IMG/VR virus record: IMGVR_UViG_3300026189_001009
Span: 59,632 to 123,631 of that record
From: a virus
Reading direction: 5' to 3' (one strand)
Length of the DNA: 64,000 nucleotides
Positions 1-9,529 of the stretch are shown here, piece after piece; positions within the stretch are counted from its first letter, which is position 1; each line of letters begins with the position of its first letter. Made by a program: the position numbers and the translations under genes. A model generated the notes under the pieces. That model saw only the letters and a list, made by a program, of their open reading frames with translations. It was not told the origin of the DNA and did not search any database.

Positions 1-2037
1 ACACATACTCAAAATCCTAAGAAAGATCCTCTATCATACACACAGAAGGTCAAATATGCAAAAGCAAGTTTTAATGGTATAAACATAGGTGATCCCAACG
101 TAAAGACCCTTATACAGGCGTTACAGAAGCTGGAATCACTAGGTTTTGCACATATTATCATGGTTGCAGGCTCGGATAGACAAGCTCAATTTGAGGAGTT
201 TTTACCCAAATATAACGGCAAAGATTACAAATTTGACACTATAAAAGTGGTAAGTTCCGGTGAAAGAGACCCAGATTCAGAGGGTGTTGAAGGTATGTCA
301 GCCAGCAAAATGAGAACTCATGCACAGAACAATGACTTTGATAGCTTCAAAGACGGTGTATTAGATCCTAGCATTGCAAAAGATATGTTTAATGATGTAA
401 GAGCAGGCATGGGGCTAACAGAATATGGTGGTATGGGGTTTGCAACAGTTACTCCAAAGAGACATACAATTACACGTAAGGTTAAACCAGAAGATAAAGT
501 AGATACTAGATCAATGCAACAAAAAATTGCAGACAGAAGAAAAGAATTACAGAAAAAATATAGCAGTGAACCACGTGACTGGAAAAGTATGAAATGGGTC
601 GAAGGTGTAAAAAAAGAAATAGATGAAGCAATATCAGACTTACCTCTTGTATATGTTGATATGGACGGTGTAATTGCTGACTTCTTTTCAGCATTAGCAA
701 AATTTAGAGGTGTAGATCATTGGAAAGACGGTGGTGATGATAGTGTACAAGATTCAATTAAAGCAATTGCAGGTACAAATTTCTTTTCAACACTACCAGT
801 ATTTCCAACAGCAAAGCAATTAATTACAATTGTGACAGCATTTACAGGTGGAGCATGGAATATTAATAGCTCTCCTTTAAGAAACGATCATGAGAATTCT
901 AAAAAACATAAACTTGATTGGTTAAAAGATAATGGCTTTTCTCCTAACGAAATTATTATTACAGGAAGAAAAGAAAGTTATGCAAACAGAACAGGTAAAC
1001 CTAATATACTAATCGATGACAAACCAAGCAACATCGAAAGATGGACAGCTAAAAATGGTATTGGTATTAGATACCAAGCTAACAAAGATTCGTTATCAAA
1101 AGTTAGTAATGCATTTAATATAATCAAACAATATATGCAAAGCAATGATGCATGGACACCTGAATTGATACAAAAAGTTAATACAGCAATAGCTACTGGT
1201 AAAATAAATGAAGGTGAACTAATACCGTTTCCTGAAAACTCGTTAGTAATAGATGTAGATAGTAAAAGTGACTTTTATGAACTAACAAAAGACATATCAG
1301 ATCTGAGTCAAGCAGATGCAAACAAATATGGCACTAAAGGTAAAGCTGATGTAGTTATTACTTTTCAAAGTCCAGAAGTCAAAGACATGGTAGCAAAACG
1401 TATTAAAAAATACACAGGTATGAAATCAAAAGACGCGACAACAAATAATCTTTATCACTATAATAGTAGCAAAAAGAAAAAGAAAAAAGTTAATGAGCAT
1501 GGTGGCAGAGTAGTAAAAGGAATCAATACAACACCAGACGTAGGTGTTGATGCAATTAAAAAACAATCAGGTAAACTAGGATTTAAAGTCAGTAATGATG
1601 GTGTACCACCAAAACTTAGAGAAGACGAAAAGTTTAAAAACCAAGATGGCCAGATGAGTTTCATTGGTTCTAATCCAGGAACAAAAAAATGGAACAAAGC
1701 AAAGAAAACATCAGAACCAGGAACAGATGATTGGTTTAAAACTTGGAGAACATTATCTTATCTAACCAAAGGTAGAAAAAATCATTATATGTTACCTATC
1801 AAAGAAAAACTAGAAGTACTATTAAAGGAATATTATAAAATGAAAATAAACGAAGTGGAACAAAAGTTAAAACCGATAACTGAAGCTGAGTTTGATCAGT
1901 TAGCTGAAAAACAAGATGCTTGTTATCATAAAGTAAAATCAAGATATAAAGTTTGGCCTAGTGCGTATGCCTCTGGTGCCTTAGTAAAATGCAGAAAAGT
2001 CGGTGCAAAGAATTGGGGTAATAAGAGTAAAAAGTAA
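1..2037 (+). CDS. Multidomain putative virion-internal polyprotein (5' partial): cytidylyltransferase-like domain, HAD/NT5C-type nucleotidase, small Cys-containing C-terminal domain
   Basis: Frame is open from base 1 (THTQNPKKDPLSY...), so the track start at 160 is internal. VAGSDR...GMSASKMR resembles T4-like phage nucleotidyltransferases; DMDGVIADF and LIDD are HAD motifs. Confidence 0.75.
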   Translation, partial: THTQNPKKDPLSYTQKVKYAKASFNGINIGDPNVKTLIQALQKLESLGFAHIIMVAGSDRQAQFEEFLPKYNGKDYKFDTIKVVSSGERDPDSEGVEGMSASKMRTHAQNNDFDSFKDGVLDPSIAKDMFNDVRAGMGLTEYGGMGFATVTPKRHTITRKVKPEDKVDTRSMQQKIADRRKELQKKYSSEPRDWKSMKWVEGVKKEIDEAISDLPLVYVDMDGVIADFFSALAKFRGVDHWKDGGDDSVQDSIKAIAGTNFFSTLPVFPTAKQLITIVTAFTGGAWNINSSPLRNDHENSKKHKLDWLKDNGFSPNEIIITGRKESYANRTGKPNILIDDKPSNIERWTAKNGIGIRYQANKDSLSKVSNAFNIIKQYMQSNDAWTPELIQKVNTAIATGKINEGELIPFPENSLVIDVDSKSDFYELTKDISDLSQADANKYGTKGKADVVITFQSPEVKDMVAKRIKKYTGMKSKDATTNNLYHYNSSKKKKKKVNEHGGRVVKGINTTPDVGVDAIKKQSGKLGFKVSNDGVPPKLREDEKFKNQDGQMSFIGSNPGTKKWNKAKKTSEPGTDDWFKTWRTLSYLTKGRKNHYMLPIKEKLEVLLKEYYKMKINEVEQKLKPITEAEFDQLAEKQDACYHKVKSRYKVWPSAYASGALVKCRKVGAKNWGNKSKK

Positions 2038-2654
2038 TGAAAGTAAACGAAGTAATTGGTCCTGACGCAGAAGATTTATATTGGAGAAGTCCAAAATCTG
2101 ATGACTTATGGGCGTTAGACAAATTAATACTTTCAAAAAAGTTAGGCTACACTTGTGGTCCTGCAGGAATTGATGTGCCAAAGCCAGATTATTATATTGT
2201 AAGACCTTGTGTAAATGTTTATGGATTAGGACTAGGTGCAAAGAAAATGTATATTAAAGAAACCACAACACATATTAAGCCTGGCTATTTTTGGTGCGAA
2301 TGGTTTGAAGGTAGACACCTAACAGTGGATTACGAAAAAGGAAAACAAATTAGATGTGTAGAAGGATTCAAACCCGAAGACACATTGATTAAATGGGACG
2401 CTTGGAAAGTTACTGAAGATGAAATGCCGATGCCTGATTTAATTAAAAAAGAATTTGGTGACAAACCAAAAGTTAATATTGAATTTATTGGTAATAAAGT
2501 TATTGAAATGCATTTTAGACACAATGTAGACTTTGAAGGCGATAGAAAAGAATACTTGCCAGTGTGGAAAGGTCAAAGTACTGAAGCACCAGAAGGATAC
2601 AAATACATAGATCATCCAGATGTACATGGAAGAATTGGAGCATTTGTTAAATGA
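2037..2654 (+). CDS. ATP-grasp-like hypothetical protein
   Basis: IVRP..N..GLGLGA, FWCEWFEG and NIEFIG.KVIEMHFR.N follow ATP-grasp motif order; TAATG coupling. Confidence 0.5.
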   Translation: MKVNEVIGPDAEDLYWRSPKSDDLWALDKLILSKKLGYTCGPAGIDVPKPDYYIVRPCVNVYGLGLGAKKMYIKETTTHIKPGYFWCEWFEGRHLTVDYEKGKQIRCVEGFKPEDTLIKWDAWKVTEDEMPMPDLIKKEFGDKPKVNIEFIGNKVIEMHFRHNVDFEGDRKEYLPVWKGQSTEAPEGYKYIDHPDVHGRIGAFVK

Positions 2655-2953
2655 GAATCAACGAAGTTATAAACGAAGACCTAAGAGCCTGGTTTGGCAA
2701 AGGCAAAAAAGGTGGAGCCGGTGGCGGCGGTTGGGATCGTTACAATACTAAAGGAGAACGTATTGGTAAATGCGGTGATTCAAAACCTGGAGAAGGTAAA
2801 CCTAAATGCTTATCAAAATCAAGAGCGGCAAGTTTAAGAGCTAAAGGCGGCAAGAAAGCAATAGCTCAAGCAGTAAACAGAAAACGTAGAAAAGATTCAA
2901 ACCCTGATAGAAAAGGAAAAGCTAAAAACGTTAGCAATAAGTATAAGAAATGA
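2651..2953 (+). CDS. Small basic Cys/Gly-rich protein, putative head-internal
   Basis: MRINEVINE leader; K/R-rich. Confidence 0.65.
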   Translation: MRINEVINEDLRAWFGKGKKGGAGGGGWDRYNTKGERIGKCGDSKPGEGKPKCLSKSRAASLRAKGGKKAIAQAVNRKRRKDSNPDRKGKAKNVSNKYKK

Positions 2954-3555
2954 AATTAAAAATCTTTAACGCAAGTCTGTCACCTACAAAAGAATCCAAT
3001 ACTCAAGCACTAGTGGATTTAGTGACTCAAACTATGAGTGGGCTTGGAGTTACTATTGATGTAGTATACTTAAAAGATTTAAAATTTGAACATACAATTA
3101 AAAATGTAAAAGATGATCTTACACCACACTTAATTGATATTGTAAAAAATTGCGACATGGTTGCAATAGCAACACCAATTTGGTGGGGAACACAAAGTTC
3201 TTTAGCACAAGGCTTGATCGAAAGATTTGACCCAATTGACACTTGGGGGCAAGATAATGATTATTATGCTTTATATAATAAAGTGTTTGGATCAATTGTA
3301 TCTGGTGGCGGAGATGGCTTCCAGCACATTCATGGTAACTTGTTTAACATGGCTACCAATATGGGATTTACAGTACCACCTACTTGTAATTTAGAAATTG
3401 CAACACAAGGTAGAGAAGAAATAATGAAAGACCAAGATGCAAAAAAATGGGTTAACATATGGTGCAGAAATATGGTAACATGGGCAACTATTCTAAAAAA
3501 AGCTAACCCGAGCAAATACGTTCAAGAGAATACAGATAGACCAAAGTATATTTAA
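2950..3555 (+). CDS. Flavodoxin-fold NAD(P)H-dependent FMN reductase family
   Basis: SLSP..SNT loop and ATPIWWG motif. Confidence 0.75.
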   Translation: MKLKIFNASLSPTKESNTQALVDLVTQTMSGLGVTIDVVYLKDLKFEHTIKNVKDDLTPHLIDIVKNCDMVAIATPIWWGTQSSLAQGLIERFDPIDTWGQDNDYYALYNKVFGSIVSGGGDGFQHIHGNLFNMATNMGFTVPPTCNLEIATQGREEIMKDQDAKKWVNIWCRNMVTWATILKKANPSKYVQENTDRPKYI

Positions 3556-3556
3556 A

Positions 3557-4213
3557 ATGAGATATGCAGAACTAACAGAAGAGTGGAGCAAAAAATATAA
3601 AAGCTCAATTAATTGTAATAACCCAAAAGGGTTTTCACAAAAAGCTCACTGTGCCGGCAAGAAAAAAAATGAATCAGTAGAAGGAACAATTACAGATCAA
3701 GATTTACAACAACTTGAAACTTATGCTGATAGGTTGTTTGCTTCACTAGGCATTGATGTAGAATTTTCAAAACATTTTAAAGACAGAGTAAATGATCCGA
3801 GAAATACAAAGCCAATCACAATGGCAGAGCTAACAAGATTATTCAAACAAATATATAAACAACACGGCAAACCAATTGCACAATTAGGTCCGGACGCAGA
3901 AGCAGTGATGAAAGATATGCGAACAGATGTAAACATTCCTTTCGCTCTGCAATGGGATGGTAAAGAATTAGATCTTGTTGCAAAAACAATTATGCGTAAA
4001 CCAAATTTCTCAACACCTAACCAGGAGTTTGCAGTAGAAAACTTTGCTGATGGTAAAGTTAAAGGTAAGTCACGTCCTGGTAGAGTAAAACGTGCAGGTG
4101 CAAGTTGTAAAGGATCAGTAACAAGTTTAAGAGCAAAAGCAAAAAAGGCATCAGGTGAGAAAGCAAAAATGTATCACTGGTGTGCTAATATGAAGGGTGG
4201 CAAGAAGAAATAA
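3557..4213 (+). CDS. Three-module putative head-internal protein
   Basis: MRYAELTEE leader; Cys/His basic modules separated by xxE sites. Confidence 0.6.
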   Translation: MRYAELTEEWSKKYKSSINCNNPKGFSQKAHCAGKKKNESVEGTITDQDLQQLETYADRLFASLGIDVEFSKHFKDRVNDPRNTKPITMAELTRLFKQIYKQHGKPIAQLGPDAEAVMKDMRTDVNIPFALQWDGKELDLVAKTIMRKPNFSTPNQEFAVENFADGKVKGKSRPGRVKRAGASCKGSVTSLRAKAKKASGEKAKMYHWCANMKGGKKK

Positions 4214-4216
4214 ATA
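4211..4216 (+). promoter_or_regulatory. T4-type late promoter core TAAATA
   Basis: ATG 4222 is 6 nt after the motif. Confidence 0.6.
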
Positions 4217-4221
4217 ATATT

Positions 4222-4611
4222 ATGAAATTAGATGACTTATTAGCACAATCAAACAAATCAATTGAAATCACATTAGAAGATGATCAAGACTTCCATGAAG
4301 AGTTTGGTTATTTAGGATATCCAGAAGAAGAAATATGGGAAGCTGAATATCAAGGTAGAAAAGTTCCATTAAACAAACCAATGCGTGGTGATGTTAAGAA
4401 ATTTAAAGTTTATGTAAAAGATCCTAAAACAGGAAATGTTAAAAAAGTAAACTTTGGCCATGGCGGTACTAGTGCTAAAAAGGCTGGACAGAAAACAATG
4501 AGAATTAAGGTTTCAAATCCAGAACGTAGAAGAAATTTTCGAGCAAGACACAATTGTAAAAACCCAGGACCTAAAACAAAAGCAAGGTACTGGAGTTGTA
4601 AGGCCTGGTAA
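4222..4611 (+). CDS. Basic hypothetical protein, putative head-internal
   Basis: Acidic leader ending WEAE, then basic KKVNFG...FRARHNC domain. Confidence 0.65.
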   Translation: MKLDDLLAQSNKSIEITLEDDQDFHEEFGYLGYPEEEIWEAEYQGRKVPLNKPMRGDVKKFKVYVKDPKTGNVKKVNFGHGGTSAKKAGQKTMRIKVSNPERRRNFRARHNCKNPGPKTKARYWSCKAW

Positions 4612-4824
4612 ATGATTAGGTTTATTAAATGGCTGTTTCAACCATCTGAGTATGAGTTAACAATTGAACACTTAGGTACTGTTAAAAAGTACCATATCAA
4701 AAAGATTTATAGCCTATCAACAAATAGTGCTTCATTTAAAACAATGGATGATGAGAAGCACACATTAAAAAGCTCAGGTAAGATGAGCTGGGAGCTAAGG
4801 AAAATTAAACATGAAAGAAATTAA
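4612..4824 (+). CDS. Hypothetical protein
   Basis: Contiguous ORF. Confidence 0.55.
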   Translation: MIRFIKWLFQPSEYELTIEHLGTVKKYHIKKIYSLSTNSASFKTMDDEKHTLKSSGKMSWELRKIKHERN

Positions 4825-5011
4825 TTTATACGAAAAAGCAGATAAAGTAATTACTCTTAAGTCTGATCAAGTTATTCAAGCATTAGCAAATTATCTAGCT
4901 GATAATAATATGATTGATCAATTTGAAACAGATGGAACAATGGTTTACAAAATGAACAATGATGCAAGTATCACAATTGAATTAGATTTTGATACGCCAA
5001 CTGTTCAGTAA
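4811..5011 (+). CDS. Hypothetical protein
   Basis: Contiguous ORF with AAGGA upstream. Confidence 0.55.
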   Translation: MKEINLYEKADKVITLKSDQVIQALANYLADNNMIDQFETDGTMVYKMNNDASITIELDFDTPTVQ

Positions 5012-5023
5012 TAAATAATTTTT

Positions 5024-5509
5024 ATGCGTTACAGTCAACTAACAGAATCTATGTCATTTAATGCAGGTCATTTAGAAAAAAGACCTGACGGCAATGTTTG
5101 GACAGGAGATGTTGACTCAGGTGATAGATATCATCCAGATGTATACAAAGCAGACTATCCATATGATGCAGATCCTAAACCAAACCCAAATTATAAGCCT
5201 GAATTAGATTTAACACTATCAAATGCAAATATGCGTGATGTGTTTGCTGAATTAGGCTATCCAACAGATTTAGAAGAACAATCACCTTTTCCAATAGATG
5301 AATTTATAGCAAAAACCACACAATGGTTACAAAAGCACATAGATAAGCGATCAAAGGAAGAACCTACTACAGTTGATAAAAATCCAAATGGTCCTACTAT
5401 GATAAGAGGTGGTAAGCCAGAAGGTTATTATAATCAAGCTATAATGCAAATGAATTCTATTGCTAGAACAGGTAAGCAAAATGGAGCGACCCATGTATGG
5501 GCTTCTTAG
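5024..5509 (+). CDS. Hypothetical protein with leader MRYSQLTES
   Basis: TAAATA at 5012-5017; shared leader. Confidence 0.65.
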   Translation: MRYSQLTESMSFNAGHLEKRPDGNVWTGDVDSGDRYHPDVYKADYPYDADPKPNPNYKPELDLTLSNANMRDVFAELGYPTDLEEQSPFPIDEFIAKTTQWLQKHIDKRSKEEPTTVDKNPNGPTMIRGGKPEGYYNQAIMQMNSIARTGKQNGATHVWAS

Positions 5510-5510
5510 G

Positions 5511-5516
5511 TAAATA
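5511..5516 (+). promoter_or_regulatory. Late promoter core TAAATA
   Basis: ATG 5522 at +6. Confidence 0.6.
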
Positions 5517-5521
5517 TTGTT

Positions 5522-7087
5522 ATGAAACTTACTAAAATATTTGAATCAAAGAAACCAGAACCTAATAAACAGAATCCTGTAGCAAAAGCTATGGTTCAAG
5601 ATCCACAATTCAAATCAAAAGTAGTAGCTGATAAAAAGAAAAAGTCAAAAGCTGGTTATGTAAAACATAAAGGCAAGATTGAAGAAGTATCAAGTATGGG
5701 CATGAACAAATATGGCCTTGCCGCGAAAAATGTAGGCGGTAAATTTTATTCTTATAAAGACGGAAAAGAAACTGGTGTGTTTGATTCTATGGAAGAATTA
5801 AAAAAACATCAATTAGAATTAATACAAGACGAACCAGTTGATGAAGCATTCAACTCAGAATATGATGAAGTTAAAGCAATACTAGACAAACATGGTATTA
5901 AAAACTCAGATGATATCGAATATGGTTCAGATGTTTATGATGAGTTATATGATTACTTTGCAACCTCAGGTGAAATGCCATATGGTGTACAAAAGGCTAG
6001 AACTGGTATGCCAGATGAATGGATTGCAGATAGACTTGATGATTTAGGTTTAGTAGAATCAAAACAAAAACCTTATGTGTCAATGTACAGAGAAGTAGAT
6101 CCATTAACACAAAAAAATAAAATGGTTTATGATGTTTTAGATAACCAAGGTAAGTCAGTACACAAGACACATGACGAAGCTGAAGCAATGAAATGGTTTA
6201 AAGACAACTATGATAGATTAAAAATGGAAGCATCAGGTTATGAAGGACAAGCAGAACCAACACATCACATTTTTAAAAATGCTGACATACAAAAAATTGC
6301 TGACATTATCAAACAAAAAGATTTAAAAGCATACCCTGAAAAAACAGACGATGGTGTTAAAGTTCACACATATAATACTGATAGAAAATCAGTTGCACAA
6401 GAATTAGAACTAACAGATTCAGTTGATCCTCTAAGAAGCGATCAAGGTGCTAAAGAAGAATTAGCTAAAGAAATTTATAATAACAGTGAAGAATATCAAA
6501 CCGAGTATGAAGACTGGGAAGCATTTATGAACTCAGATGATTTTGAAGAAGAGAACATGAGATTAAGAAGTAAATTTGAACAGCAACCAGAACCAGAATT
6601 AACAGCTGATGATCATGAAGATGATGATGTTCCAGCTTTTCTAAAAAAATATCACGACAAAGAAAAAGAATTAAACCATATGCGTAAACTCGCAGGTATG
6701 TCAACAGCATCAACTAATGAAGACTATGCTAGAATGACACAAGATTTAATTATTAAGTTAGTAAAACAAGGTAAGTCAAATGATGAAATTCAACAAGCAA
6801 CAGGTGAAGCTGGTGTTAGGATTGATGCAATCAGAAAAAGCGTTGAACAAGAACAACCTAAAGAAGCAACTAACGATCTTGCAAAAAGTTTAAATCCATT
6901 AAAAGGTGCAGTAGGCTCCAAGCAATCAACACAGATGACTGCTAAAGGATTCGACACAATAGCAAAAGGTGAAAGACCAACACCGCAACAAACAAAAGCT
7001 ATGGAACCTTTTATGAGTAAAATAGCAAAAGCTATCACAGACCCATCTACTCAAGCACAGATGAGAAACGTAATTAAGAAGGTCTAG
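5522..7087 (+). CDS. Acidic modular putative head-internal/scaffold polyprotein
   Basis: MKLTKIFES leader; many hydrophobic-x-E junctions; internal MRKLAGM motif. Confidence 0.65.
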   Translation: MKLTKIFESKKPEPNKQNPVAKAMVQDPQFKSKVVADKKKKSKAGYVKHKGKIEEVSSMGMNKYGLAAKNVGGKFYSYKDGKETGVFDSMEELKKHQLELIQDEPVDEAFNSEYDEVKAILDKHGIKNSDDIEYGSDVYDELYDYFATSGEMPYGVQKARTGMPDEWIADRLDDLGLVESKQKPYVSMYREVDPLTQKNKMVYDVLDNQGKSVHKTHDEAEAMKWFKDNYDRLKMEASGYEGQAEPTHHIFKNADIQKIADIIKQKDLKAYPEKTDDGVKVHTYNTDRKSVAQELELTDSVDPLRSDQGAKEELAKEIYNNSEEYQTEYEDWEAFMNSDDFEEENMRLRSKFEQQPEPELTADDHEDDDVPAFLKKYHDKEKELNHMRKLAGMSTASTNEDYARMTQDLIIKLVKQGKSNDEIQQATGEAGVRIDAIRKSVEQEQPKEATNDLAKSLNPLKGAVGSKQSTQMTAKGFDTIAKGERPTPQQTKAMEPFMSKIAKAITDPSTQAQMRNVIKKV

Positions 7088-7089
7088 AC

Positions 7090-7740
7090 ATGGACCTGGA
7101 ACGTTTAAAATATCTAGCAGGTATAACAGGTAATACAGCAAATACTATTCCTATGAAAAGTATTGAGCAAGAGATACACGAACGTAGACGTGAAGCAATG
7201 AAAAATGTAATGCGAGAAGAACCAGCTGAAAAAGTTACACTTGAAGCCTTGCCTTACAGTTTAGATGCACTAGAACCAGTATTATCAAAAGAAAATGTTG
7301 ACTATCACTATAATACATTATCAAATGGTTATGTGACGAGATACAACAACAAAGAAGGTGATCCTAAATTTAATTACGGTGGTGCTAAATTGCACAATCT
7401 TTTTTGGCAACAGCTTAAACCTGCCAATGAAACTTCAGAATTAGATGGTCCAATTGCACAAACTATAGAAGCAAACTTTGGAAACATTGAAGGTTTAAAA
7501 GATGCACTAGTAGAACAAGCAAAAACAATACAAGGATCAGGTTGGGTTTATATGACAGCAACAGGTACAATAAAGACTACACCTAATCAAACATGGCAAC
7601 CTGATGTAGTAATGCCAATTGATATGTGGGAACACAGCTTCACAGACTATATACCAGACCCTGATGCTAAAACTAAATACATAAAAGGCGTTGTTGATTT
7701 AATTAATTGGGATGCCATTAATAGAAGGATTGAAGTATGA
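7090..7740 (+). CDS. sod: Fe/Mn superoxide dismutase with ~45-aa N-terminal extension
   Basis: LPYSLDALEP, YHY, LHNLFW, GSGW, DMWEH; four metal ligands present. Confidence 0.9.
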   Translation: MDLERLKYLAGITGNTANTIPMKSIEQEIHERRREAMKNVMREEPAEKVTLEALPYSLDALEPVLSKENVDYHYNTLSNGYVTRYNNKEGDPKFNYGGAKLHNLFWQQLKPANETSELDGPIAQTIEANFGNIEGLKDALVEQAKTIQGSGWVYMTATGTIKTTPNQTWQPDVVMPIDMWEHSFTDYIPDPDAKTKYIKGVVDLINWDAINRRIEV

Positions 7741-8051
7741 GACTAGCTGAAATATTTGAAAACGACAGACGTGACTTTATGAAACGTATGGGTAAAACAG
7801 CAGTTGCAGGAGCTGGAGCATTGGCGCTGGGCTCAATACCAACTAATGCTTGGCCAAATGAATTACCAAGTGACTTTAATTTTATGGATCAGTTTTTAAG
7901 CGATAAAGTATTGAATGATCCAAAATACAAAGAGTTTAAAGATGTAGGTAAGCAATTACTAGATATGATGAAAGATATTGAAAACAAAAAGAAAGAAAAA
8001 GAATTACAAAAAACAATTGATCAAAATAAAGACAAGGCTATAGAAGTATAA
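7737..8051 (+). CDS. Hypothetical protein with leader plus twin-arginine-like signal
   Basis: MRLAEIFE-NDRRDFMK followed by hydrophobic AVAGAGALALG. Confidence 0.6.
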   Translation: MRLAEIFENDRRDFMKRMGKTAVAGAGALALGSIPTNAWPNELPSDFNFMDQFLSDKVLNDPKYKEFKDVGKQLLDMMKDIENKKKEKELQKTIDQNKDKAIEV

Positions 8052-8314
8052 TGTTAATAGCAGAAATATATAATGTACCAGTTAAAGAATCAGCATCAGC
8101 AGGTGCCACTTCGTCAGCAATGATGGCATCAATTGCTATGCCAATGTTCACAGGAAGAAAAGGAACAGCTCATCATGTAGCGGCTAGAAGAGCAATAGAT
8201 CCTATGGGACATATATTCAAAGGTAAAAAGCTAAAGCAAAAGCCATATAAAATGGGATATAGCCCAGACACCTTAGCATACAGAACAAAAGTTAAAGATA
8301 TATACCCATCATAG
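8051..8314 (+). CDS. Small putative head-internal protein
   Basis: MLIAEIY leader; KE-SASAGATSS. Confidence 0.6.
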   Translation: MLIAEIYNVPVKESASAGATSSAMMASIAMPMFTGRKGTAHHVAARRAIDPMGHIFKGKKLKQKPYKMGYSPDTLAYRTKVKDIYPS

Positions 8315-8328
8315 CACTAGGAGTTGTA

Positions 8329-8964
8329 GTGACACTAAACATTAAATCAAATAAAGTTATCGCAAGAGGTTGGATAACGTCCAACGAAATGGACCATGTC
8401 CTTGCCTGGATGACAAAAGAAACTGGATCAATATTTGAATCTGGATCGGCTAATGGAAGATTGTTTAGCTATCTTCATCATTTCAAACCTCACTGGAAAT
8501 ACACAGCACTAGATAATTGGGATGGAAAAACACATCTGCTTCATGATTATGAAAAAGAATACGGTGATACAGATAATATATCAACTTATATCACTCATGA
8601 TATGTTTAAAAAAAACTGTCCATTTGCAACAGATATAAAACAGGATTTTTGGGAATTTGACACAGATGAAAAGTTTGATGTGGTCAGTATAGGTGCAGTT
8701 GGTAGCAGTTGGTCATATGAGGAATGGGAGTACATACTTGAAAAATCTTTAGATATGACAAAACCGGGCGGTATAACCATAGGACGTAACTATTCTTCTG
8801 GTAAGCCATATGCACAAAATATTAGAGATATTGTTGCTAAAAAATACGTAATTCGATCAGAATATGTAGATGCTATACTAGAAAAGTATGATATGCATAG
8901 AAAATATCAAGCCATACCCAATGATTATGTAGTAGGATCTAGCTTCGCATTCTCTAAAAAATAA
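8329..8964 (+). CDS. Divergent class I SAM-methyltransferase-like protein
   Basis: IFESGSANG, KFDVVSI, KPGG; GTG start with AGGAG. Confidence 0.55.
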   Translation: MTLNIKSNKVIARGWITSNEMDHVLAWMTKETGSIFESGSANGRLFSYLHHFKPHWKYTALDNWDGKTHLLHDYEKEYGDTDNISTYITHDMFKKNCPFATDIKQDFWEFDTDEKFDVVSIGAVGSSWSYEEWEYILEKSLDMTKPGGITIGRNYSSGKPYAQNIRDIVAKKYVIRSEYVDAILEKYDMHRKYQAIPNDYVVGSSFAFSKK

Positions 8965-8966
8965 AC

Positions 8967-8974
8967 TATAAATA
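8967..8974 (+). promoter_or_regulatory. Late promoter TATAAATA
   Basis: Exact T4 late consensus; ATG 8980 at +6. Confidence 0.7.
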
Positions 8975-8979
8975 CAATT

Positions 8980-9165
8980 ATGTTAATGCAAGATATTATT
9001 ACAGAAAGACCACTCACAACAGCAGAGTACAAAGAAAGAGAATCTTTGAAGAAAAAGTACGATAAGACAGATATGAAACAGAATTTCAAGAAGCAGTACG
9101 GAGCAGAGGAAGGCGAGCGAGCATATTTTGCCACTATAACAAAACAAGCCAAGGAGAAAGCATAA
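8980..9165 (+). CDS. Small helical putative head-internal protein
   Basis: MLMQDIITER leader. Confidence 0.6.
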   Translation: MLMQDIITERPLTTAEYKERESLKKKYDKTDMKQNFKKQYGAEEGERAYFATITKQAKEKA

Positions 9166-9488
9166 TGGACGATTTAAGAAAATGGAAAAAACTGGCTGAA
9201 AATATTAATTTAGACAATGCTTATAATCACATCAGCGATGAAGGTGAGCATGATCACGAAGCTTCAATGGCACGTGGACAGTTATACCATATTGCCAAAG
9301 ATGCTATTAAGTTGATTGAAATGATCAAAAAAGGTGACAACCTAGAAGGTTGGGTAGCTTCAAAGATTACTAAAGCTAAAGAAAATATTTCAGTAGTGTC
9401 TGACTACATGGAATCACAAATGACCGTGAACGCAGAATCAGAAGTTAATAATCACGAGCAACCACAAGACCACAACGAATCTAAGTAA
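9165..9488 (+). CDS. Small helical putative head-internal protein
   Basis: MDDLRKWKKLAE leader; TAATG coupling. Confidence 0.6.
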   Translation: MDDLRKWKKLAENINLDNAYNHISDEGEHDHEASMARGQLYHIAKDAIKLIEMIKKGDNLEGWVASKITKAKENISVVSDYMESQMTVNAESEVNNHEQPQDHNESK

Positions 9489-9494
9489 TTGGTA

Positions 9495-9523
9495 TTGACT
9501 GTTTTCTCAAAGGATTATATAAT
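9495..9523 (+). promoter_or_regulatory. Sigma70-type promoter
   Basis: TTGACT-N17-TATAAT; ATG 7 nt downstream. Confidence 0.7.
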
Positions 9524-9529
9524 ATATCT

